NCBI RefSeq assembly: GCF_963921235.1
Contig: NC_086108.1
Span: forward strand, 99,202,001-99,266,000
From: Mobula hypostoma
Lineage: Eukaryota
Direction: 5' to 3'
Length of the DNA stretch: 64,000 nt
Numbering within the stretch: the first letter of the stretch is position 1; every line of letters starts with the position of its first letter. The position numbers were made by a program, and so were the translations under genes. The notes below the pieces were generated by a model. The model was given only the letters and a program-made list of their open reading frames with translations, did not search any database and had not been told where the DNA came from. Positions 63,810-64,000 of this stretch are shown here, one piece after another.

Positions 63810-64000
63810 ACGGGACAAAAGGTCCCGAGTTCGAATCCAGCCAGCTTCCCTGCACGCTTTCCATCCATGCTGGATTACGAGCTGGTAATCTCTTTGGAAA
63901 CTCCCGGCAGAAGGCAATGGCAAACCACTGCTGTAACTTGCCTCGTAAGCGGTTCCCCACTATGTCAGAGAGGCGTGGAGGGAAATCATCTGCTAACTGG
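63810..64000 (+). mobile_element. tRNA-derived SINE with RTE-related body (runs off the window)
   Basis: B box gagttcgaatcc; agaaggcaatggcaaaccactg module. Confidence 0.6.

Noticed and set aside
1..64000. Host protein-coding genes among the listed ORFs
   Set aside because: All ORFs with recognisable motifs are TE-derived; the rest are short, low-complexity or antisense to repeats, and no consistent exon chain was found.

Overview
Repeat-dense, CpG-depleted vertebrate DNA, intronic or intergenic. The repeat repertoire (HE1-like V-SINEs, HER1/CR1 LINEs, Rex1/Babar pieces, Penelope-like elements) points to an elasmobranch, probably a ray (inference). I recognise no host protein-coding gene, rRNA, true tRNA or CRISPR; all recognisable ORFs are decayed TE fragments. 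These are CR1 (RT, endonuclease, one SGNH-esterase ORF1), Rex1/Babar, a deleted Gypsy pol, N-terminal Tc1 transposase pieces, a Tigger-like element and GIY-YIG ends of two Penelope-like families. Most interesting signals: (1) the commonest short repeat (about 25 fragments) is a Penelope-derived unit whose consensus is a minimal type I hammerhead ribozyme, often arranged as foldback pairs with a ribozyme motif on each strand; (2) a second Penelope family retains an intact hammerhead core; (3) a twister-like relic lies inside a tRNA-CORE SINE; (4) 258 bp of local unique DNA was copied into a Tc1 element 1 kb upstream; (5) two Tc1-type families have a three-TIR architecture; (6) there is a perfect CTCF motif, a candidate recursive splice site and several TE-free enhancer-like islands. 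Coordinates were read by eye and boundaries of degenerate repeats are approximate.
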